A DNA stretch of 64,000 nucleotides from the NCBI GenBank assembly GCA_965153355.1, contig OZ231126.1, forward strand, positions 39,184,001 to 39,248,000, given 5' to 3'. Origin of the DNA: Flaccisagitta enflata. Lineage: Eukaryota. Numbering within the stretch: position 1 is the first letter of the stretch; the number at the start of each line of letters is the position of its first letter. Position numbers and translations under genes: made by a program. The notes beneath the pieces are model-generated. The model was not told where the DNA came from. It was given only the letters and a program-made list of their open reading frames with translations, and did not search any database. Shown piece after piece: positions 1-10,149 of this stretch.

Positions 1-782
1 CCACGACCTCTTGCAAGAGCATCGGCGTCGTCGAGATCCGCAAGCATGTCGTCAGCTTGCTCCATCGGAGACGCACGCGCAGGTTCAATTTCCGAGACCA
101 AATCCGAGACCCACTGATTGACGGCATCTCCTCTTTGGATCGGCGGCAGATTTAAAAATTGACCGCCAGTTGGAGATTGCGCACCATGTCGCGGGGCCGG
201 AAGTGGTAGATACTCGGATCCGTCGGGGTTTGGCGAAGACGTTCGCATCCTTGGTGTTGGAGCGCCAGTCACATTGTCACGGGCGGCATGAGTGTCAGTT
301 GGGAGACTGTTCCATGAGAATTCATTGACGGGTCTTTTACGATTCCCAATGTCATTGTGCATTGCGTTAACGATGTCGGCGTTGGAAGGAAAACCCTCTG
401 GATAGTTTTCACGATCGAAGAAACGCATGGAGTTCCATTCGCGCCGGATTCGACGCAGAGTGGACGCCGCGAATCGAAGAGGGTCGCCGGGCATCGAGTC
501 GAGCGCCATTTGCCTTGCGTATGATATAAAGTCGTAGACCATATCCCGAAGGCCATGTCGAGCGCCATCTGATTCACATGCGGCGTCGTCGAAATCATTC
601 GATCCTTCGGCGTAAGCGGCAACGGCGTCGAAAAGGCGCCGGCATCCTTCCATCTCCGCCGTGATGTCGTTTCTCATCGCGCGCAAACGATCCGACCTCG
701 GACACTGATTCAAACCGAAGTGAGATACACGAGATGACGTTGAAGCAGTTGAGACGGTGTCGTCGCTACGCGCGGCCGCCAT
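1..782 (-). CDS. N-terminus of a long ORF running off the left edge; probably Gag of a second LTR retrotransposon
   Basis: Reading the minus strand from the ATG at 782 gives about 260 codons with no stop (MAAARSDDTVSTASTSSRVSHFG...DMLADLDDADALARG). It is intronless and CpG-rich, with codon style like the BEL element, unlike the AT-rich host DNA. No diagnostic motif lies inside the window. Confidence 0.5.
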   Translation of the reverse strand, partial: MAAARSDDTVSTASTSSRVSHFGLNQCPRSDRLRAMRNDITAEMEGCRRLFDAVAAYAEGSNDFDDAACESDGARHGLRDMVYDFISYARQMALDSMPGDPLRFAASTLRRIRREWNSMRFFDRENYPEGFPSNADIVNAMHNDIGNRKRPVNEFSWNSLPTDTHAARDNVTGAPTPRMRTSSPNPDGSEYLPLPAPRHGAQSPTGGQFLNLPPIQRGDAVNQWVSDLVSEIEPARASPMEQADDMLADLDDADALARGR

Positions 783-2178
783 TGTCCAATTTCGTTTTCG
801 GAGGTCAAGATGTAAAGAGTCGAGTCGTTTTTAAATTGTTGAAATATAAATTACGCCCACGAGTTTCAACTGGCACTGTCTATGAGCGTCTATCTGACTG
901 ACGACTTGTGGTGAAAGAAAGTTGGCCGATTGGAAAATAGGAAGGCGATCGTCTCGTTTATTCCATAAAAATTTCAACAACTGAAGAGAGGGGGAAAAAT
1001 GAAAGGGAAAGTGGGCGTTAATGGTGATCAGCAAACGCAAAAGATAACATGAAATCGAGATAGGACACAATAAAGGACAGAAACAGCACATGACAACATG
1101 TTCATCTTCTTCAGAGCCCATGCCACCTGATAATACCTGCCCCTGCCCCGGCCCATCCCATTAAATTCATCCATATCATCCCTATAGCAAGCTGATCGGG
1201 CAAGCGATAAAAACCATACTAAAATCCGGCGATAAAAATGCAAAAGGGCAAAAAGACAAAAATAACAGACCGGAAGACAAGATAAAAACAACGTTAATAA
1301 AAGCAAAGACGCGTCTATAAAACTTACTTTTAGGCCCACTTTCGTTGGTTTCAACCCACAGTCTGTCGATGTCAAACTAACGTTAATTGTCCGTTCATAA
1401 GTTTATCTGCAATAAAAAGATGAGAGATTATTGAAATTAATGAATTCCAAGGGCGCATTCAATCGATCACGAAAAATCAATCAATCACTTTAAGAAGCAA
1501 TGCCGTAAATAATAAAATCAATCAATCCAAAATTGGATGATACGAAAGACGAGTTACGTATGTTTGCCTACGTAATAAAAACAAATGGCACAAAATACAA
1601 GGCGCAACCATATGGTTACCCATCTAGCGTCCAATATAAAAAATGGCGAGAAACAAAAGACGCCGGCATTGAATAACAGGAAAAGAAGAAAAACCAAAAG
1701 CACGCAAAAGAAACAAATGCACTCATACTTAATAGACGGACGGACATACATTTCTAACAGTGACCCATTTTACCCCGCTGACCCATTTTACTCCACTCTA
1801 CCCTAAGTATTTTTGTCTCAAAAACAAAGTGCTCCCAAATTCAAACTCAGACATTTAGAGCAATTCCGATCGCCCTACTATTTACAGCTTTAATATCATG
1901 AATATCATGAATATCATGAAGCAAAATAGGCTATGTCAAAATATTTGCATTTTAGTGAAAACACTGAGAATACTAAAAGTAATTGCAGGGATTTTGGCCT
2001 CGTAGCTGCGATTAAGGCCTTGAGACTGGGATTTGAGCCGGGGGAGGGGGGCACAGAGGAAGACGGACGAGGAGAAGGAGGAGAAAGCAAAGGTCATTGG
2101 CCTCTGGCCAAACACAACATTGTTGAGTGACAACCATCCAAACCATTAAAATATTGGCCCGTTAGTTTACTTGTTGTA

Positions 2179-3145
2179 CAGAGTCTTTAATTGCGACTGA
2201 CTTATTCTAAATTGATGGTGTGCCTCTCATAGTCGACATTATGATTTTTTCTTTTTTTCCTCTTATTGCATATTGTCTGACGTTTTTTGGTTTCAGGGGT
2301 TTTTGTCAAAGCTTTTGCTTGTAACAAAAATTTCAAGTAGTTAGGGTTTTCATGGTTGTAACTGAAAAAATCATCTTTTTCATGACATCTCTTTTTCAAA
2401 CAGCCTAAATGGTTTCAGCAACAGAAGTTCAACTGGTCCAAAATGAAAGATAATTTCATGATGTTATTGGTGACATGTCAGTCTGTCAGTGACTTGGTAA
2501 GACCCTCCACATGTCCTTTTGTAGGATCATCTGACCACTGCTTATCCAGCCATTCCATGAACTCTTTTGGAACTGGCAAAACATTGCTGCCCCAATAAGT
2601 AATAAACCCCTTGTGCCACTGCTTCTGCTCTCTTGCACTCATATGAGACTGGGAATGAGTCTGGGGGAGTTATGTCTATGCCTTGTCCAAACTAATTTAG
2701 ATGGAACAATGTGTTGATATTTTGATTCCATGTGATGACCTTGAAATCGATTTCTGACAAAATGTTTTCCAAACAAACGATTTACTTTATGGTTTGTATA
2801 AAATAATTCTAGCAATATATATTTGATTTTTTAACCGCTTAAAAGTAGATTAAATTATGTTTGATTTGAGACCAATAAGTCATCTCTAGCTCTAGCTAAT
2901 CAAAATGAGAGCGATATAAAAAAAAATTGTCAAAACAAAAAACATTTTTTTCAAGTCACAATCATAGGTACCTGATCTACTTAAAATTATCATAACAGAC
3001 AAAAAATTTGACAAAAACTCTTGAAATTTTGATAAAAAAAACGTCAAACAATATGCTAGAGGAGGAAAAAAAGAAGAAATCATAATATTGACTATGAGAG
3101 GCACACCATCAATTTAGAATAAGTCAGTTGCAATTGAAGACCCTG
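2179..3145. mobile_element. Non-autonomous Tc1/mariner-type DNA transposon (MITE) with long TIRs
   Basis: Left end CAGAGTCTTTAATTGCGACTGACTTATTCTAAATTGATGGTGTGCCTCTCATAGTC is the inverted copy of the right end ...GACTATGAGAGGCACACCATCAATTTAGAATAAGTCAGTTGCAATTGAAGACCCTG; TA flanks both sides. Confidence 0.85.
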
Positions 3146-4731
3146 TAAAATACAAAATGAGAATATAATTGAAAAAAAAAATGAACGCTCGGGAGGAACC
3201 GTTGGAATGACCATTTGCCGGGCAATGTGACTTTAAGTTTAAGAGTCGCGCGCAAACGACAGAACAATTGCCGGTGATACTACGCCCATTGCATTGATAT
3301 TGATATCAACGTGAAAACGCTGACAAAAGCCATCATGTCAAACTAGTTACATTTAGTCCATCAATCAGTCTGACTTCTCTTTTTTAATGTCTCTTTTTTG
3401 GTTTTTGTCTCCGAAAGCCTCATCCTTTCCGTAGGTCGGTCTGTCAGTTGTTCTGTATTTTCTTTTTTTTTTTCTTTTTTGTTCTTTTCTGTTCTTTTTT
3501 TTTTCATTCATTTTTGTGCTTTTTAGTCGCGTGCACGCGACTCTGACCCACTTTGTCCGTCTGTGGGTCCATCTGTCTGTCTGTCGGTCTGTCCATCCGT
3601 CCATCACTCTAAGCTTTTCTTCACCTTTATACATCGTTTTAAGTCATTTTAAAGTCATTTCATATTTGTCTTTTAGTCTTGACAACCAAACGCGACTTAG
3701 CGGTGTTGGCCTTGTTTTATATTATAAATTATTCTAAGTCATTCTAAGTCATGCTTAGTCGTTCTTAATCATTTTAAGTCTTAATCAGTTATATCAAGTC
3801 ATTTAAGTCAATTTGGTCAATATAGTCATTTCAGTCATTTTACACTATTTTATGTCTTTTTAAATCACTTAAACTCCTTTCAAGTCATCTTGAGTCATTG
3901 AAAGTCAATTTAAGTCATCTTAAGTTATTTACGTCTCGCACGCGACTTATAGGTGTTGGCCTTGTTCTCTTAAAATTTTCCTGTGAGTTTTTACTTCCCG
4001 AGTCCCGACTATATATAAACTCTGGTTTTATATTTCCATCTATCCGGCCGAATCTTTGACTTGTCAGACGAAAACTTTTTTGGACTTACTTCAGTCGGCA
4101 AGACTTTTCTATTTTCCACAAAAATGGTTACTGAAGAGGAAGAACTTTCATCTAATGGGGAGACGGAAGGAAACCGCAAAAAGGACGAGCTAGGTAAATA
4201 AAAACAAGGTCATTAGACCCAAGTCCCGTGCGTCGGCACTTTCAATAAATTTCCGGCAGACAGACAGGCAAACAATTTTTTTTAAAGAAAGACATTTTAA
4301 ATAGCGGTTTACTCCTTTAAGTTTCTATTCAATCTTCTATTAAAAAAAGCACGATAAAAAAAACTTTCAAACAATGGACGGACAGAACAATGGACGAACA
4401 GACTGACAGATGGATATGACCAACCAACCAACCGACCAACCAACCAACCAACCAACCAATGGACCTACCAACAAAGGCTCATAGTGGTTTATGAATGCCT
4501 TAAAAGCATTCAAAAACATTTAAGATGTCTTTTAAATTGTGAAAGACGCCCTTTAGAGAACTTTGTGACGGACAGACAGGCGGATCGACCGACCTATGGA
4601 CTAACCAAAAAGCGGCTTGAAGTTTCTTTTTAAGCTCTCGCTGGTGCAAAAATCCGCATGAAGTTTTAAGTCTCTGTTTAGATTTGACAGTCGTTCTTTT
4701 TGTTCGTCCAATCCACCTAGATTTGTTCATA

Positions 4732-4891
4732 CAGTGGAGCTTCACTAGAGCGCACCCGCTAATAAGGCATGCCCGCTTATAGAGCATACAACGTACAATC
4801 CTATGAAAGATTTTATTTTTATTTCTACATTGGCAATAAGGCAGCTTCACTATAAGGCATAATTGGAATGCGCTCTAATGAAACTCAACTG
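4732..4891. mobile_element. Short pogo/Tigger-like MITE in intron 1 of the XK-like gene
   Basis: TA|CAGTGGAGCTTCACTAGAGCGCA...TGCGCTCTAATGAAACTCAACTG|TA imperfect TIRs with TA duplication. Confidence 0.7.
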
Positions 4892-6100
4892 TATTCATAT
4901 TACCCTTTCGACCGATATTAGAAGATGATAACGACAAGGAAAAGAAGAAATCGCCCGCGGGAGACAATTCCAGATTGCCCCAACAGTTGCATGAATGCAA
5001 AAAGATCAGCGCTTTAACAGAATCCTGTCTTGCACTGGAGAAGGCTAACAAGGAATTGAAACAAAAATACGAATTGAAAAGTCATGCAGAAAAGTTACAC
5101 AATGATAAACAGGGTGAAGAATTCAAAAATCGGCAAAAAGATGAAGGTATGTGCCGCCAATCCGACTTCGCTGTTGTTGGTTTGAAAATTGTTGGACCGA
5201 TCATATGAATGTCAGTTGTAGCCGGTCCTGCGTGGACAGATGGAAAGTCGCATGGCACCACAGCGCCTCAAATGCTGACTTTGTCTGATTCCATGAAAAA
5301 GTACGATTTTCAACATTAAGAATTCATATACGTGTAGAGCCTCCATCGTGGGGGACACTGTTGGCCCTATCTTTTGGCGTTGCATTGTACTTTTGGGACC
5401 TTGGCGCTGACGTTCTGGTGGGAAAGGAACAATATCTTCGATTTTATCAAAGACGTAAACTACAAGGTAGGAGTTTAGTAAGGACCGCGATGCTGTTAAA
5501 CCACTGTCTCAAAGGTGTCTCATTTAACTTGATTTGCCAAAGATATAAAATTCATCATTAAGACAAAAAAGCAGTGTTTTTTTTTCATGGCACAATATGT
5601 GGTTAATTTTGGAGTTAGCGAGCTAATCATCTGTGTAACAAGGTTGCAGCAAGGTTGCTATGGATAACTAACTTATCTTAAATTGAAATCCTTAATGTTA
5701 TATCATAACAATTTCACATAGCATCCTCGTGGCGAAATGAAGTTAAGAAGTGCTTCAGATATCATTTTTGCAATTTTTGTCCATCCCTTTAATCCAATAG
5801 CTAAATAGGGAATTAAAAAAATCACAAAGATAATTGTTTTCCTTTTCTCAAAATTCATTTGTCTTTCCTTTTAGAGTTGAATGAGGAAACAAATTTTCAA
5901 TGATCTTTTGTTGCTAAAGAAAAAAAATCACACAATTATTTTACAAAAATCACTCGCAAAAGCAAGACGAAAATGTTATGGGCATTTTCTGTTACACAGA
6001 TGCGCAGTCTCAACAATGCAGTTTGTAGTGTCTTGAACCAACAAATTATGTTATGCAAATTGTTTTTAAAAATGTATCAAAGAAAAAGAAAAACAGTGAG

Positions 6101-6783
6101 TGTCATCAATTGCGCCGTATTTTGTTATCCTCTTGTCCATCTACAGGAAATCTCGCAAATTTCGTTATTTCGGGTGTCGCTCCAGGACTCCTCTTCCTCA
6201 TCATCCTCCTCCTCTCACGACTCCTCGACTTCTCTCCTCCTCATCCTCGACTTCTCTCTTCCTATGGACTCTTTTCTGGAGAGAACTTTATCAGGATTCT
6301 TCGTCTTCAATCAAGAATAAATGACTCATTTAAAGTTCGACTAAAGATCACGCAAAGATCATTTTTAGATTTAAAGACTCATTGCCTCGCCATTGCTATG
6401 ATATATTGTGCATATCCTTGTTTTAGATTTCTCTTTTTCCCCCAGTGCAAGCGAGAAAGCTTCCTCTGTATATCGTTTCTATAGGACATTAATGTGGTTA
6501 TCTCGGACTTCTGCTGTCATTCCCCCCCTTCCGGAAATCATTCATCCCTGACTCCTCAGGTAGCGAGCCTTGTCAATGATGTGGTCTGGCCCACTTTTCC
6601 TTTTTGGCTCATCCTAATATCCGCCCCCCCCTCTCCCTTTTCTCATTTATCATAGAACTTACAGATCCCTTCATTCTCCAATTCGCGTATTCGTTCTAGC
6701 GGGATTCTTAAGACGGAGTTACTCAGCGATCATCAGGGCATCTAGCTAGCTAGTGAACTGTTCATACGTCACGGACTCGCACA
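6101..6783 (+). repeat. 5' LTR
   Basis: TGTCATCAATT...GGACTCGCACA; matches 17325-18007 except three substitutions seen by eye (6109, 6263, 6549). Confidence 0.97.
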
Positions 6784-6806
6784 ATCTGTAAGTTCTGACA
6801 GTTCAC

Positions 6807-6823
6807 TGGCTCCCTTCGGTGAA
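6807..6823 (+). promoter_or_regulatory. Candidate primer-binding site (imperfect tRNA-Asp-like)
   Basis: TGGCTCCCTTCGGTGAA resembles the complement of a eukaryotic tRNA-Asp 3' end (TGGCTCCCCGTCGGGGAA, from memory). It lies 23 nt downstream of the LTR, which is atypical. Confidence 0.4.
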
Positions 6824-7062
6824 AGCAAGCGAACAACACCCGCCTCCCCTTCCTCTTCACCCTTCCGGTCACGACGAAAGCTCAAGAACATTCTCCTCCT
6901 CATCTTCCTCATCACTTCTCCCTCCTCCTCATCCTCCCAATTACGGTGAAAGCTCAAGAACGTTCTCCCCTTCCTCATCTTCCATTACGTCATTCTTCCT
7001 CCTCATCATTCTAACACGGTAAAAGACAAAGAAACTCTTCCTCTTCCTCATCATCCATCACG

Positions 7063-9924
7063 ATGGCAGCAAAGGCCCGCGCAGAAAAAGCCAAAATTCT
7101 GGAAGATACTTTGAGAAAGATGCCCGACTTCAACGCCGTGATCGTGGCAGCGGACGCCGGAGCTATCGGCGGAAGCGGCGCCTCGGTAAACACGGCGATG
7201 ACGTCGGACTTCCAAACGGAAAGTGACGAGAGATCTAGAGAAGCGAAGGCAACGGCACAAACATTGGGACTGCTCGCGCGCTTCTTCGCTCTGCGACATG
7301 ACGATGTATTGAAAGAGTTCGCCGGCGTCGACGATCATGACGCACATCAGGCATTTCTCTACATTGACGACATGCGCGTCGCGCTCGTGGGAAAAATGTG
7401 GCTTTTCCACGAAATGATTACGAAAAAACTATTTCCCGCCAACACGAGAGAGGACATTCACGGACGAAAATCGGCTGGAAACCACATCAACGTCATCTTA
7501 AAAGACTTCCTCCATACGCGTCGCGCATGCCTTTCACAAGAAACCTACGACGACCCGGACTACGCGCCAAAACCGCCAACAAAAACTGACTTTGTACAAA
7601 ACTCCGCCAGAAAAGGAAGTGTATCGGACAGAGCATTGGCGCTTGCTAACTCCGCCAAGGACTTCATCGGCGAGGTCACATCGCCGAGAAAAGCGAAATC
7701 ACTCGCCAACGATAAGTTTACGGGAAAGAAAAATGATAAAAAAACGGCGTCGCCGGCGCCCCCCGGAACATCGGGGGAAACCGCGGCGCCATCGGTCAGT
7801 GACGTCAAAGTGGATAAGAAAAAACTCACGCCTAAGAATACAGAAGGTGATAAAAAAGAACAAGACCCGGCGACGGAAGACCCAAACGACGCCGACGACG
7901 CCGCCACGAAAAAGTCAGGCGCGCCTGAAGAAGACAGCGCCGAAACTGACGACGAAGCGGAACAAAAGCGCCGCCAAGCAGGAAACGCAAAAGCGGCCGG
8001 CTGGGTCGCTGATCAACAAGAACAACAAATCGCGCAACAAAACAATCAATACCATGACGCCGTCCAAAGCATCATCAACACGAGCGAGACCCACGCGATA
8101 GCAATTGAAAAAGACAATGAACATTATGAAGAAGTCCTCAAAAGAGAAAAAGAAGAAACAGAACGCGTGAAAGAAGAATTGAGAAACTTGGAAGCAATCC
8201 ACGAATTACAAAGAAAAAAACGACGAGAACAAGAAAAGAAAAAAGACGAACTAAAACAACAACAACAACAGCAGACGAACAAAGCCATACAAACGAACAA
8301 AAGACAATTAACAGCTCAAAAGAGACAAGCAGAGATAATTCAAAGCGTGGAATTGGTTCAAGCGGAAAAACAAGACGCGAGTGAAAAACTAGAAAAACTA
8401 AAGCGCCAGATTCAGAACAATTTGGACGAATTAACAGAAGAAGAAGACGAGGTACAGTTCATCGACGCCGTATTCTCGTCGACGCAAAATGACGCGCCGA
8501 CGCCAAGCGAGAGCGCCGCGACAACAACCGGAAGTGGAAAGAAAAAACGCCGATCCCCACACAAAAAGAGCCCAAATGCAGCGAGATATCCTCCTCCCAA
8601 TCTACCTCCCCTGGGCGATAACTTCCCAAAAGACGTCAGACGAGTGGGCGTCGAGTACAAACCGGCGCCAAAACCGGCGCCCAAACCGGCGCCGAAAATG
8701 CAGAACGGCGACGCCGCGGGAGGTCATGCATCCCCCGCGACTGACGCCAGACGAACAACTAATACGATTTCTTCAGCAACCGCGGCGCCGCAGCACGACT
8801 TCTCTAAATTCATTCGCACGCTAGAATTGGACACCGTCAGAAGAAGCATCGTTGGGGTCCGACCAGAGACACTATTTAAACAATACGATTCGAAAAAAAA
8901 GGGCGAATACAACTCCTTAATGAACCAGTTCGACTCGGCTTTCGGCTTCATCCCTGGAATAACCGGCAACGAAAAAGTCACGGAATTATCGGGACATTGG
9001 TTTGCTGGAGCAGCAAAAAAGGCGTTGAAGGCAGCAAGACCGACAGCGGACGATCCGAATGGAGACATCGCCTACGCAAAAGTGAGGTCACATCTAGACT
9101 CAATTTATGGCCAAGACATTGATTCCGCCGCCGACGCCCTCGCCAGACTGAAGGAAGGCGGAGTCGTCGCCAAAGACAGCCTCACTGCGCATCAAGACCT
9201 CTACCTCAACATGCTGGAGGCGGAAAGCTCGGCGTTATCAGCGTCGTCGACGGAGTTATTCGACAGAACGTCCACCCTGATCGAGATCATGTCGGCGAGA
9301 TTACCGCACCAAATGGAGAAATTCTTCGAAACGTATGAAGAAGGAGAAGGATTCCAGAAGCTTCTCGAATTCATCCATCGGCGAATTACAATCCTAAAAA
9401 CCATTCAGGTGACGACTCAAAAACCACAAACAATAAAAATTCACGCGACGGAGACAAAAGAAATTAAAAACCAACAATACGGCCCCAATACATTCGCCCA
9501 ACAAGTACAAAATTCCCCAAAGAAGGAAGAAAAGAAGGTTAGATGCACTCACTGCCAAGGCCTTCATCAGACGACAACATGCAACCGTCTTCTCATCCTA
9601 TCGCTGCCCGAAAGAATTGAAATCGCCAATAAAGCCCGAATGTGTTATCATTGCATGGAGACGACGCACAACGCTAAAGACTGCCCGGAGAAAAAAGAGG
9701 TCTCATGTTCAATGTGCAATAAAAAAGGACACATCGCCATGTTTCACGGCAGGACCTGGCTTAACCAAGCCAATGGACAGACGGACCGCTTCCGACGAGG
9801 CGGCAATGACACCAACCTAAAAATCGTCGATCCTCCGAAAACGGCGCCGCTCAACGCCGGCGCAGCGGGAAACAACGCCGCCGCGAAACAAACCGACGAG
9901 GAAGTGGAAAACCCCCCCATCTGA
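7063..9924 (+). CDS. gag: BEL/Pao Gag (953 aa)
   Basis: Long coiled-coil region and three C-terminal Zn knuckles (CTHCQGLHQTTTC, CYHCMETTHNAKDC, CSMCNKKGHIAMFH), typical of BEL/Pao. Confidence 0.93.
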   Translation: MAAKARAEKAKILEDTLRKMPDFNAVIVAADAGAIGGSGASVNTAMTSDFQTESDERSREAKATAQTLGLLARFFALRHDDVLKEFAGVDDHDAHQAFLYIDDMRVALVGKMWLFHEMITKKLFPANTREDIHGRKSAGNHINVILKDFLHTRRACLSQETYDDPDYAPKPPTKTDFVQNSARKGSVSDRALALANSAKDFIGEVTSPRKAKSLANDKFTGKKNDKKTASPAPPGTSGETAAPSVSDVKVDKKKLTPKNTEGDKKEQDPATEDPNDADDAATKKSGAPEEDSAETDDEAEQKRRQAGNAKAAGWVADQQEQQIAQQNNQYHDAVQSIINTSETHAIAIEKDNEHYEEVLKREKEETERVKEELRNLEAIHELQRKKRREQEKKKDELKQQQQQQTNKAIQTNKRQLTAQKRQAEIIQSVELVQAEKQDASEKLEKLKRQIQNNLDELTEEEDEVQFIDAVFSSTQNDAPTPSESAATTTGSGKKKRRSPHKKSPNAARYPPPNLPPLGDNFPKDVRRVGVEYKPAPKPAPKPAPKMQNGDAAGGHASPATDARRTTNTISSATAAPQHDFSKFIRTLELDTVRRSIVGVRPETLFKQYDSKKKGEYNSLMNQFDSAFGFIPGITGNEKVTELSGHWFAGAAKKALKAARPTADDPNGDIAYAKVRSHLDSIYGQDIDSAADALARLKEGGVVAKDSLTAHQDLYLNMLEAESSALSASSTELFDRTSTLIEIMSARLPHQMEKFFETYEEGEGFQKLLEFIHRRITILKTIQVTTQKPQTIKIHATETKEIKNQQYGPNTFAQQVQNSPKKEEKKVRCTHCQGLHQTTTCNRLLILSLPERIEIANKARMCYHCMETTHNAKDCPEKKEVSCSMCNKKGHIAMFHGRTWLNQANGQTDRFRRGGNDTNLKIVDPPKTAPLNAGAAGNNAAAKQTDEEVENPPI

Positions 9925-10149
9925 CTAGGAGCGACCGGCGTGGAGAATTTCATCGCGCCGGATGATGATGTGATTCGCCCGATTGTACTCGTGCGGATTC
10001 GCAACGTCGAGACCGGCGCTTCGGAAATGATTTACGCCATGTTAGATACATGTGCAGATAAGGATGTAATCTCGGAAAACATAGTAAAGCGACTCAACCT
10101 TACATACACGACAAAGACAATGACAGTACAAACAGTTGAAACAAAATGA
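9925..10149 (+). CDS. pol: Pol N-terminus: aspartic protease, in frame with gag after the TGA
   Basis: IYAMLDTCADKDVIS retropepsin-like active-site motif; same frame as gag; ends at TGA 10147 because of a 1-nt frame change. Confidence 0.85.
   Translation, partial: LGATGVENFIAPDDDVIRPIVLVRIRNVETGASEMIYAMLDTCADKDVISENIVKRLNLTYTTKTMTVQTVETK

Noticed and set aside
9922-9924. Selenocysteine interpretation of the gag UGA
   Set aside because: It lies in an interdomain linker and no SECIS was recognised; the CUAG context plus stem fits ordinary readthrough better.
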